Virus record (IMG/VR): IMGVR_UViG_3300025610_000065
Location: 1 to 37,623 of that record
Source: a virus
Taxonomy: Duplodnaviria; Caudoviricetes
Length of the DNA stretch: 37,623 bases
Reading direction: 5' to 3' (one strand)
Shown: positions 26,818-36,074 of the stretch, piece by piece
Layout of the letters: the number at the start of each line of letters is the position of its first letter
How positions within the stretch are numbered: the first letter of the stretch is position 1
The notes under the pieces: model-generated
Told to the model about the DNA's origin: nothing
The model's input: only the letters and a program-made list of their open reading frames with translations
Database searches by the model: none
Program-made: the position numbers and the translations under genes

Positions 26818-27193
26818 TGAAAACAGCTATGCGAAGGTAAAAAACAAAGAAATGTTGAATTATCGCAACCAGATGGGCGTAAGTCAGGTTGCTATGGCGA
26901 AGAAATTAGGATTAAGTCATAGGATGTGGAATCATTATGAGCATGGAACGAAGCCAGTTCCAATATCTGTAGTTTTATCAGCGAAATATTTGTGTAAGAA
27001 CATGGATAAGATGGATGAATTGCACGATGACATAAAAAAACACGAAGAGCCGTTGACGAAATGGGATGTTGACAGGATTGAGGCTCTTATGAGGAAGATG
27101 AAAGACGATATTTCTGCAAATTCTCAGATAGTTTCTAAAATTTTAGCACAAAGCCACAAAGAAATGGGCTTTCTATTGTCAAAAATAAATTAA
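26807..27193 (+). CDS. XRE-family HTH transcriptional regulator
   Basis: RNQMGVSQVAMAKKLGLSHRMWNHYEHG..PVP. Confidence 0.85.
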   Translation: MKRNENSYAKVKNKEMLNYRNQMGVSQVAMAKKLGLSHRMWNHYEHGTKPVPISVVLSAKYLCKNMDKMDELHDDIKKHEEPLTKWDVDRIEALMRKMKDDISANSQIVSKILAQSHKEMGFLLSKIN

Positions 27194-27234
27194 TCGTATA
27201 TCATCTCCACATAAATTAGTTTTTTTGTGGAGAT
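27176..27234 (+). promoter_or_regulatory. promoter plus SD-sequestering hairpin at the head of the packaging operon
   Basis: TTGTCA-17 bp-TATCAT; ATCTCCACA/TGTGGAGAT inverted repeat covers the SD. Confidence 0.6.
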
Positions 27235-27238
27235 TTTC

Positions 27239-29848
27239 ATGGCGAATGGACCTCTGGGCGGAAATATGGGTACGCCACCTGTACCACCACAACCGCCACA
27301 GGTAAGTTTTGAAACAACAGCCCAAAGCAGGGGTAATTTTAACAATTTTTTAAAATCCATGCCAAATACAACGTCTATGACCCCTATTCCTCCAATGGGG
27401 TCATCCCCTATGATGCCAGCTCCAGATCCGATGGCGAGTATTGACATATTCAATCAGCCTGTAAACATGCAGTTAGGTGGTGTAGCGGGTAATCCTTTGG
27501 ATAGTTATGGTGATTATTTATCTCAGCAGATAGATAACACGCAGGTTGAGCCATTTATTCAAGAAGTTCAACAGATGGCTAGTCAGCGTTTTAATTTAGG
27601 TGGTGACAGTGGTGGATTAAAGACATTTTTAGAGCCTACGATATTCGAGCCACCTCAAGATTTATCAAGACCAAAGATGGAATTCGCAGAGCCACTTTTA
27701 CAACCTTTCAATCCTATGATGCAAAGACCTGCTGCTCCGTTTCAGATGCAAGGGCTTGGACAGCCTATGAGAGACAAAGACGGCATATTAAGAGAGCCAA
27801 TGGGTTTGCGAGGTGGACCTGAAATGTTTAATATGATAGACCAGCGAATATTCAATGACGGCTTTATGCCAGAACCTGCACAATTAACAGGTGGTTTTAC
27901 AAGGTCTTATGCTAATGGTGGCGATGTTGGTGACTTTAGCGACTTTGGTGGCTTTGACGATCCATCAGACCCATTTGGTGGCGATGATAACACGGATTTT
28001 TCTGATCCAGATAGTGATATGGATTACACAGACAGTTACACGGATCAAGATTTTACTGATGCAACAAATATTGGCAGTGGCGGCGATAATCAGCCAGATG
28101 CTTTTCCAACATCAAGACCAGAGATTTTAAAAGAGGCGATTGCAAGAGCTGAAAATGAGGTTTTTGGTGGCACAGCATCTGATGCTTTGGGATTTATAAA
28201 CAAAGATGGTAGTTTAACAAATGCTGGTCAGAAAGAATATGACAGTTCTATTATGGCTAACTTAGATGTTCTTCAAGATGAAAGACCTGCTGATACTGGC
28301 ACACAATTAGCTAGCATATTTGACAATAAAGACATATTGACAGCTTCTACTAAAAACGTGAATCCAGCAGATATTGTTCAAGCGTCTTTTAGACCTAGTT
28401 CGTTAAATTCTACATTTAGCAATAATGTTTTAGACGGTCTTGATTTAAATACAGCATTCGGAGGAAACAGAGGCGCAAAAACTGATACTGGTGTAATTGG
28501 TTCTACAGATGCAGAATTAAATGCTTTAGAAAGATCTATAGCAAACACACAAAGAGCCAATGAAATTCAGAATCAATTAGCGAATGTAAATAATCAAACT
28601 TTAGCTGATAGAGTACAGAACCAAAGAGGTTTAGGTATAGATATATCTACTATACCAGACATTTCATTAGAAAATATAATGTCAAGTAACATAAGCAAAG
28701 AAGACCCAAACAAAGCGACTGTTACGCAAAACATAAGTCCGCAGAACACCGCTGATAGAATATCTAGAAACAATAGAACTATAGATGAAATTAAAGCTGA
28801 TATGGGTAGTAGAGTTCCTGACACTGCATTAGAAACTATGGCAGGTCGAGTTGGACCTACTGATACGGTATTTGATATTGATACGACAGATACAAGAAAC
28901 TTTGTAGGCGATGATTTTGACACTGCACTCAATCTTGTTGATAGAAATGAAGCAGATAGGTTAGCCGCAGGACAAGCTATGGGTGTTGGCACTGCGCCTA
29001 ATTTACAAAATTTAACCTCAACAGCTATGGGCAGAGGTCAAAACGTAACAAGATCAATTGCACCAGAAGATTTTGAAGAAAAAGTAGGCAGAGACTTTAA
29101 TGCTAATCGTATGGCAGACATTGAGAGATTGTATGGAGAAGATGTTGGTCAAACAAAAGCTGGAAGGGGTTCAGATCCTACATTCTTTGAAGACAAAGGT
29201 TTTACTGGCACAGCAGGAGGCATATTAGACGCAATAGAGAGAAAAACCAGAGAAAACATGGCTAACGAAATAGCATTAGGCAGACCTATGGGATTAGGTG
29301 AAACATTTTTTGGATTTAACGCACCAGATTTAAGAACACAGACTATGAAAGATTACATGTCTAATGTTCAACCTAATTATGATTTTGGTGATTTTAATCA
29401 AACTTCAAAATCAATACCAGAAAAACAATTAGTTAGAAATAATAGTGGTCGTGTTATTGGTATAAGAGATGCAAGTGGTAGGTTGGTTTCTGGCATGGAT
29501 CCGAATGCTCCTATGGGCAGTGATGACAATAATGAAAATCCATTAATACTTAGACCTATTGCAAAAGCAGAAGAGGAAGAGAAGGAAGAAGAAAAGTTAC
29601 CAAACGTAATAGGCGGAGGAGATCCTATAACACTTCCAACTCCTAAATCTGTTGTTGTTGATTCACCATTTACAAGTAATGTCTCAGATTTTGTACCATC
29701 TACTTTTAATACAGGCGATATAAATAAATTAATCGAGATGTTAACAGGTGTTGCTGCTCCTAAATCTATGAAAAAAGGTGGGGTTGCTGGATATGCAGAA
29801 GGTGGTCGAGTTATGCAAGCATTGGATAATCTCTTAGCGACAGCATAA
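27239..29848 (+). CDS. large acidic low-complexity protein (869 aa), possibly virion-internal
   Basis: SD GGAG before ATG 27239; P/M-rich N-terminus, D-rich segment, xxxGG motifs; coupled to terL. Confidence 0.7.
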   Translation: MANGPLGGNMGTPPVPPQPPQVSFETTAQSRGNFNNFLKSMPNTTSMTPIPPMGSSPMMPAPDPMASIDIFNQPVNMQLGGVAGNPLDSYGDYLSQQIDNTQVEPFIQEVQQMASQRFNLGGDSGGLKTFLEPTIFEPPQDLSRPKMEFAEPLLQPFNPMMQRPAAPFQMQGLGQPMRDKDGILREPMGLRGGPEMFNMIDQRIFNDGFMPEPAQLTGGFTRSYANGGDVGDFSDFGGFDDPSDPFGGDDNTDFSDPDSDMDYTDSYTDQDFTDATNIGSGGDNQPDAFPTSRPEILKEAIARAENEVFGGTASDALGFINKDGSLTNAGQKEYDSSIMANLDVLQDERPADTGTQLASIFDNKDILTASTKNVNPADIVQASFRPSSLNSTFSNNVLDGLDLNTAFGGNRGAKTDTGVIGSTDAELNALERSIANTQRANEIQNQLANVNNQTLADRVQNQRGLGIDISTIPDISLENIMSSNISKEDPNKATVTQNISPQNTADRISRNNRTIDEIKADMGSRVPDTALETMAGRVGPTDTVFDIDTTDTRNFVGDDFDTALNLVDRNEADRLAAGQAMGVGTAPNLQNLTSTAMGRGQNVTRSIAPEDFEEKVGRDFNANRMADIERLYGEDVGQTKAGRGSDPTFFEDKGFTGTAGGILDAIERKTRENMANEIALGRPMGLGETFFGFNAPDLRTQTMKDYMSNVQPNYDFGDFNQTSKSIPEKQLVRNNSGRVIGIRDASGRLVSGMDPNAPMGSDDNNENPLILRPIAKAEEEEKEEEKLPNVIGGGDPITLPTPKSVVVDSPFTSNVSDFVPSTFNTGDINKLIEMLTGVAAPKSMKKGGVAGYAEGGRVMQALDNLLATA

Positions 29849-31332
29849 TGGAACAGGCGTTAACAGCATCACAATTTGCAGAGTATCTTAGTGATGATGA
29901 AATTTCTAAGATTACGCCTCTTCTTGATCGTCTTAAAGTTTTAGAAGAACAAAAAACAAGTCAAGATAATTATTTAAAGTTTGTAAAGAAGATTTGGCCC
30001 AGCTTCATTGAGGGCAAGCATCACAAAATATATGCAGACAAGTTGCAAAAGGTAGCTGATGGTAAAATCAAGCGTTTAATTGTAAACATGCCACCAAGAC
30101 ATACGAAATCAGAGTTTGCGAGTTACTTGTTTCCAGCGTGGCTTATGGGCAGACGACCTGATCTAAAGATAATACAAGCAACGCACACGGCAGAACTTGC
30201 GGTAGGTTTTGGTCGTAAGGTCAAAAACCTTATTGATAGCGATGACTTCAGGGATATATTTCCTGATATAAAATTAGCTAGTGATGCGAAGGCATCTGGT
30301 AGATGGTCAACAAATGGTGGCGGAGAATATTACGCTGTTGGAGTTGGGGGTGCGTTAGCTGGTCGTGGTGCTGACTTATGTATCATTGATGATCCAGTAT
30401 CAGAGCAAGATGCTTTGAGTCCAACAGCGTTGGACAGTATTTACGAATGGTATACGTCAGGTCCTAGACAAAGATTGCAACCAGGTGGTTCGATCATTAT
30501 TGTTATGACCAGATGGGGTATTAAAGACCTAACAGCTAGAGTTATCTCTAAGCAAGCTGAAGGAGGAGCAGACAAATGGGAAGTCGTGGAGTTTCCTGCA
30601 ATATTTCCAGATACAAACAATGTACTTTGGCCCGAATATTGGAGCAGAGAGGAATTAGACGGAGTAAAAGCGTCAATTCCAGTAGCCAAGTGGAATGCAC
30701 AGTATATGCAAAACCCAACGGCAGAAGAAGGAGCTATAATAAAAAGGGAATGGTGGAATGTTTGGGATAATTCTGAACCACCTCCATGTTCGTATATCAT
30801 ACAATCATACGATACCGCTTTCAGTAAAAATGATCGTGCTGACTTTAGTGCTATTACTACTTGGGGGATATTTACACCAGTAGAAGGTGAGGGTGATGCA
30901 ATTATTTTACTTGATGCAGAGAAGGGCAGATGGGATTTCCCAGAACTGAAGCAAAAGGCTTATGAACTAAATGAGTCTTACGACCCTGATATGATATTGA
31001 TAGAGCAAAAAGCTAGTGGTACGCCTTTAACACAGGAGCTTAGACGTATGGGCATTCCTGTTACACCCTTTACACCGAGCAAAGGTGCTGATAAGTTTGC
31101 AAGGATGAATGCTTGCGCACCAGTATTTGAAAGTGGTATGGTATGGAGACCAGACGCTAATTTTGCGGAGGAAGTCGTTGAAGAATGTGCGAGTTTTCCA
31201 CATGGAGACCATGATGACTTGGCAGATTCGATGACACAGGCTATACTAAGATTCAGACAAGGTGGTTTTATATCCACACCTGACGATGAAGAATTTGAAC
31301 CAGGATATAGAAGAAAAATGGAGTATTACTAA
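29848..31332 (+). CDS. terL: terminase large subunit
   Basis: MPPRHTKS Walker A, IIDDP Walker B, MTRW, YMQNP, SYDTAF, IEQKASG, HDDLADSMTQA. Confidence 0.95.
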   Translation: MEQALTASQFAEYLSDDEISKITPLLDRLKVLEEQKTSQDNYLKFVKKIWPSFIEGKHHKIYADKLQKVADGKIKRLIVNMPPRHTKSEFASYLFPAWLMGRRPDLKIIQATHTAELAVGFGRKVKNLIDSDDFRDIFPDIKLASDAKASGRWSTNGGGEYYAVGVGGALAGRGADLCIIDDPVSEQDALSPTALDSIYEWYTSGPRQRLQPGGSIIIVMTRWGIKDLTARVISKQAEGGADKWEVVEFPAIFPDTNNVLWPEYWSREELDGVKASIPVAKWNAQYMQNPTAEEGAIIKREWWNVWDNSEPPPCSYIIQSYDTAFSKNDRADFSAITTWGIFTPVEGEGDAIILLDAEKGRWDFPELKQKAYELNESYDPDMILIEQKASGTPLTQELRRMGIPVTPFTPSKGADKFARMNACAPVFESGMVWRPDANFAEEVVEECASFPHGDHDDLADSMTQAILRFRQGGFISTPDDEEFEPGYRRKMEYY

Positions 31333-31622
31333 TGGCTGGAGATTTACAAAGTAATTTAAAAAAAGGTCTTAAAGATCTAATGGCTAAAAAGAATGTAACC
31401 ATAAAGAAAAAATTATCAAAAAAACCTATTGATGTGACAAACAAAAAAGGCATGGAAAAAGCCATAAGAGAAATATCTGGAATGGAAATGGGTGGCGAAG
31501 TTATGGACACAACCAAGTCTATGCCCGTTGGTATGATGGACGGTGGTAAAGTCAAGCCTATGAAGATGAACATGGGTGGTGTAGTACCAGGCAGAGGTGG
31601 AAAGTTCAAAGGAGTTAGATAG
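31332..31622 (+). CDS. small basic GG-motif protein
   Basis: Three M-x-x-GG-x-V repeats; C-terminus FKGVR. Confidence 0.7.
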   Translation: MAGDLQSNLKKGLKDLMAKKNVTIKKKLSKKPIDVTNKKGMEKAIREISGMEMGGEVMDTTKSMPVGMMDGGKVKPMKMNMGGVVPGRGGKFKGVR

Positions 31623-31906
31623 TGGCAAAGCTCAAAGGTAAAAGAATAGCAGGAGAGCCTGGAACTATAGAATATGGTGGTCACAAGATATATAATAATA
31701 AAGGCGAAGGCGGTGCAAATTATTTAATATATGCTCCAGGTCGAATTGGTCCTGATGATGGTGCTAATACATTAAGTGATGCAAAAGCTATTGTTGATAT
31801 ATATTTAGGTCAGAAGATGGGTAAAAGATTTGGTGGTGCTGTAAAGAAAATGAATATGGGTGGTGTCATCAAAGGTCGTGGTGGTAGCTTTAAGGGGATT
31901 AGATAG
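31622..31906 (+). CDS. small basic GG-motif protein
   Basis: GTG start overlapping the previous stop; C-terminus paralogous to the previous gene. Confidence 0.7.
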   Translation: MAKLKGKRIAGEPGTIEYGGHKIYNNKGEGGANYLIYAPGRIGPDDGANTLSDAKAIVDIYLGQKMGKRFGGAVKKMNMGGVIKGRGGSFKGIR

Positions 31907-32358
31907 TGTCAGACGAAGCCGACAGAATCAGAACTTACCAAGAATTAGCAAGGCGTGGTCAAGCTGTGCCTGGTAAGAACTTTGGAACTGGCATTACTCC
32001 TAAAACAAAAAAGATAGAGCCAAAAGTAAAGGAGATAAATCCTGGCAAGAATGTTCAACTTAAATTGTTAAGATTAGGTGGTAATGTGAGTAAAAGCAAA
32101 AATCCATTAGCTGGTTTAAAGATGGCTACTAATATAGCGAATCAAGAAAGTAAGGATTTGGCTAAGTTAAAAAAAATAGCTAAAAAACCTCGTAAGATTA
32201 AAATGAAAAGACCTACTAACTTAGATATAAAAAACGCATCTATCACTAAACCAACGACAATGGGTATAAACAAGGCAACAATATTTAAAGCAAAAAACGG
32301 TGGCGAAGTTATAAACATGACTAGATCAATTATAATTAATCCAAAGACAGGAGAGTAA
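31906..32358 (+). CDS. Lys-rich GG-motif protein
   Basis: GTG start; LRLGGNV, AKNGGEV. Confidence 0.7.
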   Translation: MSDEADRIRTYQELARRGQAVPGKNFGTGITPKTKKIEPKVKEINPGKNVQLKLLRLGGNVSKSKNPLAGLKMATNIANQESKDLAKLKKIAKKPRKIKMKRPTNLDIKNASITKPTTMGINKATIFKAKNGGEVINMTRSIIINPKTGE

Positions 32359-32359
32359 T

Positions 32360-32635
32360 ATGAGTAAAAATTTAAAAGCAGATAAAACAGAAATTTTGAA
32401 TGAAGATTTTAGTAAAAATGTTGCTAAAACAAATGAAAAAAATAAAAAACTCATAGGTAATCAAAAGAAACTAGATAAAAATAAAGATGGTGTAATATCT
32501 GGCAAAGATTTTAAAATGATGGAATATGGTGGTAAAGTTCAAAAGATGAAGTATGGTGGTGTCGCAAAAGGTGGCAAAATGGGCTGTCGTGGTATGGGTG
32601 CAGCAATCAAAGGTGGCGGATTTTCTATTAGATAG
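32360..32635 (+). CDS. small basic protein with EF-hand-like loop and GG motifs
   Basis: DKNKDGVISGKD; MEYGGKV, MKYGGVA. Confidence 0.7.
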   Translation: MSKNLKADKTEILNEDFSKNVAKTNEKNKKLIGNQKKLDKNKDGVISGKDFKMMEYGGKVQKMKYGGVAKGGKMGCRGMGAAIKGGGFSIR

Positions 32636-32643
32636 GATTTGAA

Positions 32644-35061
32644 ATGGCAATCGAAAATATAAATGGTATCGCAGATGCGGTAGCTCCAGAATTAGAAGCT
32701 AATTTAGTCAAACTACCACCAGAGGCTTTGGTAGAAGGTGTTACAGAATTAGATGATGGATCGGCTATTGTTGGTGAAATGGAGATGGAAGCAGAAGCTC
32801 CTATTGCCATTCCTTTCGATGCAAACCTAGCCGAACATATTGATGAAGATGTTTTGTCAGAAATATCTAATGAAATTATACGCAACATAGAAGATGACAC
32901 TAATTCAAGAAGCGATTGGGAAGAACAATATAAAGGCGGACTAGAACTTCTTGGTATGAGTTACGAAGATAGATCCGAGCCTTTCGAGGGAGCATCTGGA
33001 ATAGTACATCCACTACTAGCTGAATCCGTTACACAGTTTCAGGCACAGGCATATCGTGAAATGCTACCCGCTGGAGGACCAGTTAAGACTTCAATCATTG
33101 GAGCAGAAACTCCAGAAGTAACAGCTCAAGCAGAGCGTGTTAAAAATTATATGAATTACCAAATAACTTATGAGATGGAAGAATATGATCCTGAATTAGA
33201 TCAAATGTTATTTTATCTTCCAATTGTAGGTTCAGCATTTAAAAAAGTTTACTTTGATCCAACAATGCAAAGAGCCGTCAGTAAGTTTGTGCATTCTGAG
33301 GACTTAATCGTTCCTTACAGTGCAACAGACCTAGCAACTGCGACAAGAATAACTCACTGCATTCGTATGGATAAAAACGAAATTAAAAAATTACAATTAT
33401 CAGGATTTTACAGAGATATAGACCTTCCTAGTTCTGGCGCTGATTCAGACACTATGAACGAAGTGAAGGATACAATTAACGAGATAGAAGGTATTACAAG
33501 TAGCTCTTCGCAGAATGAAGAGATGATGGTTTATGAAGTTCACACAGATTTAGATATTGAAGGATTTGAAGATATTGGAGCTGATGGTGAGCCGACAGGA
33601 CTGAAGATGCCCTATATCGTCACAATCATGGAGGACACTGGGGATGTCTTATCAATCAAACGGAATTTCAATGAAAGTGATCCGCTCCGTAGGAAAGTGC
33701 CTTATTTTGTGCATTATAAGTTTCTACCTGGTCTTGGGTTTTATGGTTTTGGTCTCACACATACTATAGGTGGTCTTTCCAGAGCTTCTACGTCCATTCT
33801 AAGGCAACTAATAGATGCTGGTACACTATCTAACTTACCAGCAGGTTTTAAAGCCAGAGGAGCTAGAATAAGGGATGATGAGACACCTCTTAATCCTGGT
33901 GAGTTTAGAGATGTAGATATGGTTGGTGGTGATTTAAGATCAGCCATCATGCCATTGCCATTTAAAGAGCCATCACAAACATTATATTCTCTTATGGGAA
34001 CATTAATAGATTCTGGCAGACGTTTTGCATCTATGGCTGACATGAAAGTTGGCGAGATGCAAGGCAACGCTCCTGTTGGCACAACTATGGCTATTATGGA
34101 GCGTGGCACGAAGGTTATGTCAGCTATTCATAAACGTCTTCATTACTCACAAAAGATAGAATTTAAATTGTTAGCTCGTGTATTTTCTATGGGTGTTCCA
34201 ATGTATCCATATCAAGTACCAGGAGCGCCACCAGAAATAAAACAAAATGATTTTGATGACAGAATAGATATATTACCTGTTTCTGATCCTAATATATTTT
34301 CAATGTCACAACGTATTGCTTTAGCTCAAACACAATTACAATTAGCACAAAGCAATCCAGAAATTCATGGGCAGAATGGTATGTATCAAGCCTATCGCAA
34401 AATGTACGAGGCGTTAGGAGTTACAAATATAGACCAAGTATTGCAACCTCCCCCACAACCAATGCCCATGAACCCAGCAAAAGAAAATCAAGAGGCATTG
34501 AGGTTGGGTGTGTTAACTGCATTCCCAGAACAAAACCATCAAGCACATATATCAGCTCATTTAGCTATGATTTCTACTCCTGTAGCACAATCAAATGCTT
34601 CAATACTTATGACATTACAAGGTCACATATCTGAGCATATAGCTATGATGTCTGAAATAACTGCACAACAGGAAGTTATGGCATCAATACCACCAGAACA
34701 ACAGATGATGATGCAACAAGATCCTAATATGCAGAAGCAAATAACAGATCAAATTGCATCAAGGGCAGCCGAAATTGCAGCCGAAGTGCAAGAACAATAT
34801 GCACAAGCACTGACACCTCCACCTCAAGAAGATCCTCTTGTTAGTTTAAGAAAACAAGAACTGGCTCTTCGTGGTTCTGAAATACAACAAAAAGCCGAAC
34901 AATTTCAGAAAAAAGCAGAGATGGATATGCAAAAAGAGTCAAATGATACGTTAATTGACAACAAACGTCTTCAGCAACAAGAAGAAATTGCTCAAGATAG
35001 AATACAAACTCAACGAGATATAGCAGCTATGAATGCTATGAAAGGAGGAAGAAGTGGTTAG
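32644..35061 (+). CDS. portal protein
   Basis: 805 aa after terL; HPLLAESVTQFQAQAY.E, GSAFKKVYFD, GFYGFGL, LRQLIDAGTLSNLPAGFK, Q-rich barrel-like tail. Confidence 0.88.
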   Translation: MAIENINGIADAVAPELEANLVKLPPEALVEGVTELDDGSAIVGEMEMEAEAPIAIPFDANLAEHIDEDVLSEISNEIIRNIEDDTNSRSDWEEQYKGGLELLGMSYEDRSEPFEGASGIVHPLLAESVTQFQAQAYREMLPAGGPVKTSIIGAETPEVTAQAERVKNYMNYQITYEMEEYDPELDQMLFYLPIVGSAFKKVYFDPTMQRAVSKFVHSEDLIVPYSATDLATATRITHCIRMDKNEIKKLQLSGFYRDIDLPSSGADSDTMNEVKDTINEIEGITSSSSQNEEMMVYEVHTDLDIEGFEDIGADGEPTGLKMPYIVTIMEDTGDVLSIKRNFNESDPLRRKVPYFVHYKFLPGLGFYGFGLTHTIGGLSRASTSILRQLIDAGTLSNLPAGFKARGARIRDDETPLNPGEFRDVDMVGGDLRSAIMPLPFKEPSQTLYSLMGTLIDSGRRFASMADMKVGEMQGNAPVGTTMAIMERGTKVMSAIHKRLHYSQKIEFKLLARVFSMGVPMYPYQVPGAPPEIKQNDFDDRIDILPVSDPNIFSMSQRIALAQTQLQLAQSNPEIHGQNGMYQAYRKMYEALGVTNIDQVLQPPPQPMPMNPAKENQEALRLGVLTAFPEQNHQAHISAHLAMISTPVAQSNASILMTLQGHISEHIAMMSEITAQQEVMASIPPEQQMMMQQDPNMQKQITDQIASRAAEIAAEVQEQYAQALTPPPQEDPLVSLRKQELALRGSEIQQKAEQFQKKAEMDMQKESNDTLIDNKRLQQQEEIAQDRIQTQRDIAAMNAMKGGRSG

Positions 35062-35314
35062 TTCAGTTCGTGCAGGAATGATTGCACAAGAAAAAGAAAA
35101 GAAAAGACAAACAAGACTTGCTGAACAAGGTGTAGTAACTTCACCAGAAGTTGTTCTAAAAGCAGTAATAAAACAAAATCCTTTGGAAGTATTAGAGGTT
35201 ATAGCAGATGTCGAGCCAAAAACGGAACAAAGTACAAAAGAAAATAAACCAAAGAAAACAAGCAAAGCCAAAAAACAAACCAAAAATAATAACAAAGTTC
35301 TCAAAGATAGCTAG
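35054..35314 (+). CDS. hypothetical protein with Lys-rich tail
   Basis: GTG start, SD AAGGAGG. Confidence 0.6.
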   Translation: MVSSVRAGMIAQEKEKKRQTRLAEQGVVTSPEVVLKAVIKQNPLEVLEVIADVEPKTEQSTKENKPKKTSKAKKQTKNNNKVLKDS

Positions 35315-35342
35315 ACCGCAAAGATTTGAAGGCGTTTTTTAA
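35208..35342 (+). CDS. 44-aa basic overlapping protein, not in the ORF track
   Basis: SD GAGGT; MSSQKRNKVQKK...KFSKIARPQRFEGVF; stop abuts ATG 35343. Confidence 0.55.
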   Translation: MSSQKRNKVQKKINQRKQAKPKNKPKIITKFSKIARPQRFEGVF

Positions 35343-36074
35343 ATGGTTGTTGCAGAAATTCTTACTGGTATTGCATTAGTACAGAAAAGCGTAGACTTTA
35401 TAAAAAGTAATATCGGTACAGTTAATGATATAAAAGATATAGCTAAACAAATTGATGGGTTTTTTCTTGGCGAAGAACAGATGAACAAGGGTCAAGGAAG
35501 AGGGCTTTCATTAAAAGAACAATTTGGCTCTGTAGAATCAAGTGCAGAAGACTTTATTAATCGTAGACTTTTAGAAGAACGAAGAAACGAATTAAAACAA
35601 TTAATTAATCTTAGGTTTGGACCTACTGCATGGGATTCAATAATAGCTGAAAGAGCTGAAAGAATAAACCAAGCTAAAGAAGCTCATAAACAAGCAAAAG
35701 CAAAAGCAAGAAAAGAAAGAGAAGAAATATTAGAGGTTGTTAAATGGGTTGGATATGGGTTTATCATAATTGGTTTAGTGACAGCAATGTTGGTTGTAGG
35801 TGTAAAAGTATTTGCGAAAGATTACACAAGAGATCAAAAAATAAGAAATGGTACTATTTCTTTACCTAAAATGACTACATGCAGACTGAAGAAACAAAAA
35901 GTATTTAAAGATAAAATGGCTTGCATTTATCAAGGTGCAAACAAAACCTATGAATTAGAATTTACAGATATTAGGATAGGCTGTCCAAAACAATATAAAT
36001 GTGTTTTTAATCCTAACGGAGATGAACCTTCAATAGACAAAGTTATGGAAAGTTTGAGGAGTATAGCCAAATGA
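35343..36074 (+). CDS. membrane-anchored hypothetical protein
   Basis: Coiled coil, one TM (WVGYGFIIIGLVTAMLVVGV), 4-Cys C-terminal domain. Confidence 0.7.
   Translation: MVVAEILTGIALVQKSVDFIKSNIGTVNDIKDIAKQIDGFFLGEEQMNKGQGRGLSLKEQFGSVESSAEDFINRRLLEERRNELKQLINLRFGPTAWDSIIAERAERINQAKEAHKQAKAKARKEREEILEVVKWVGYGFIIIGLVTAMLVVGVKVFAKDYTRDQKIRNGTISLPKMTTCRLKKQKVFKDKMACIYQGANKTYELEFTDIRIGCPKQYKCVFNPNGDEPSIDKVMESLRSIAK

Noticed and set aside
31332-32635. Bacteriocin/RiPP double-glycine precursors
   Set aside because: No C39 peptidase transporter or modifying enzymes nearby, and the GG motifs are internal or C-terminal rather than ending an N-terminal leader; kept only as a possible virion signal
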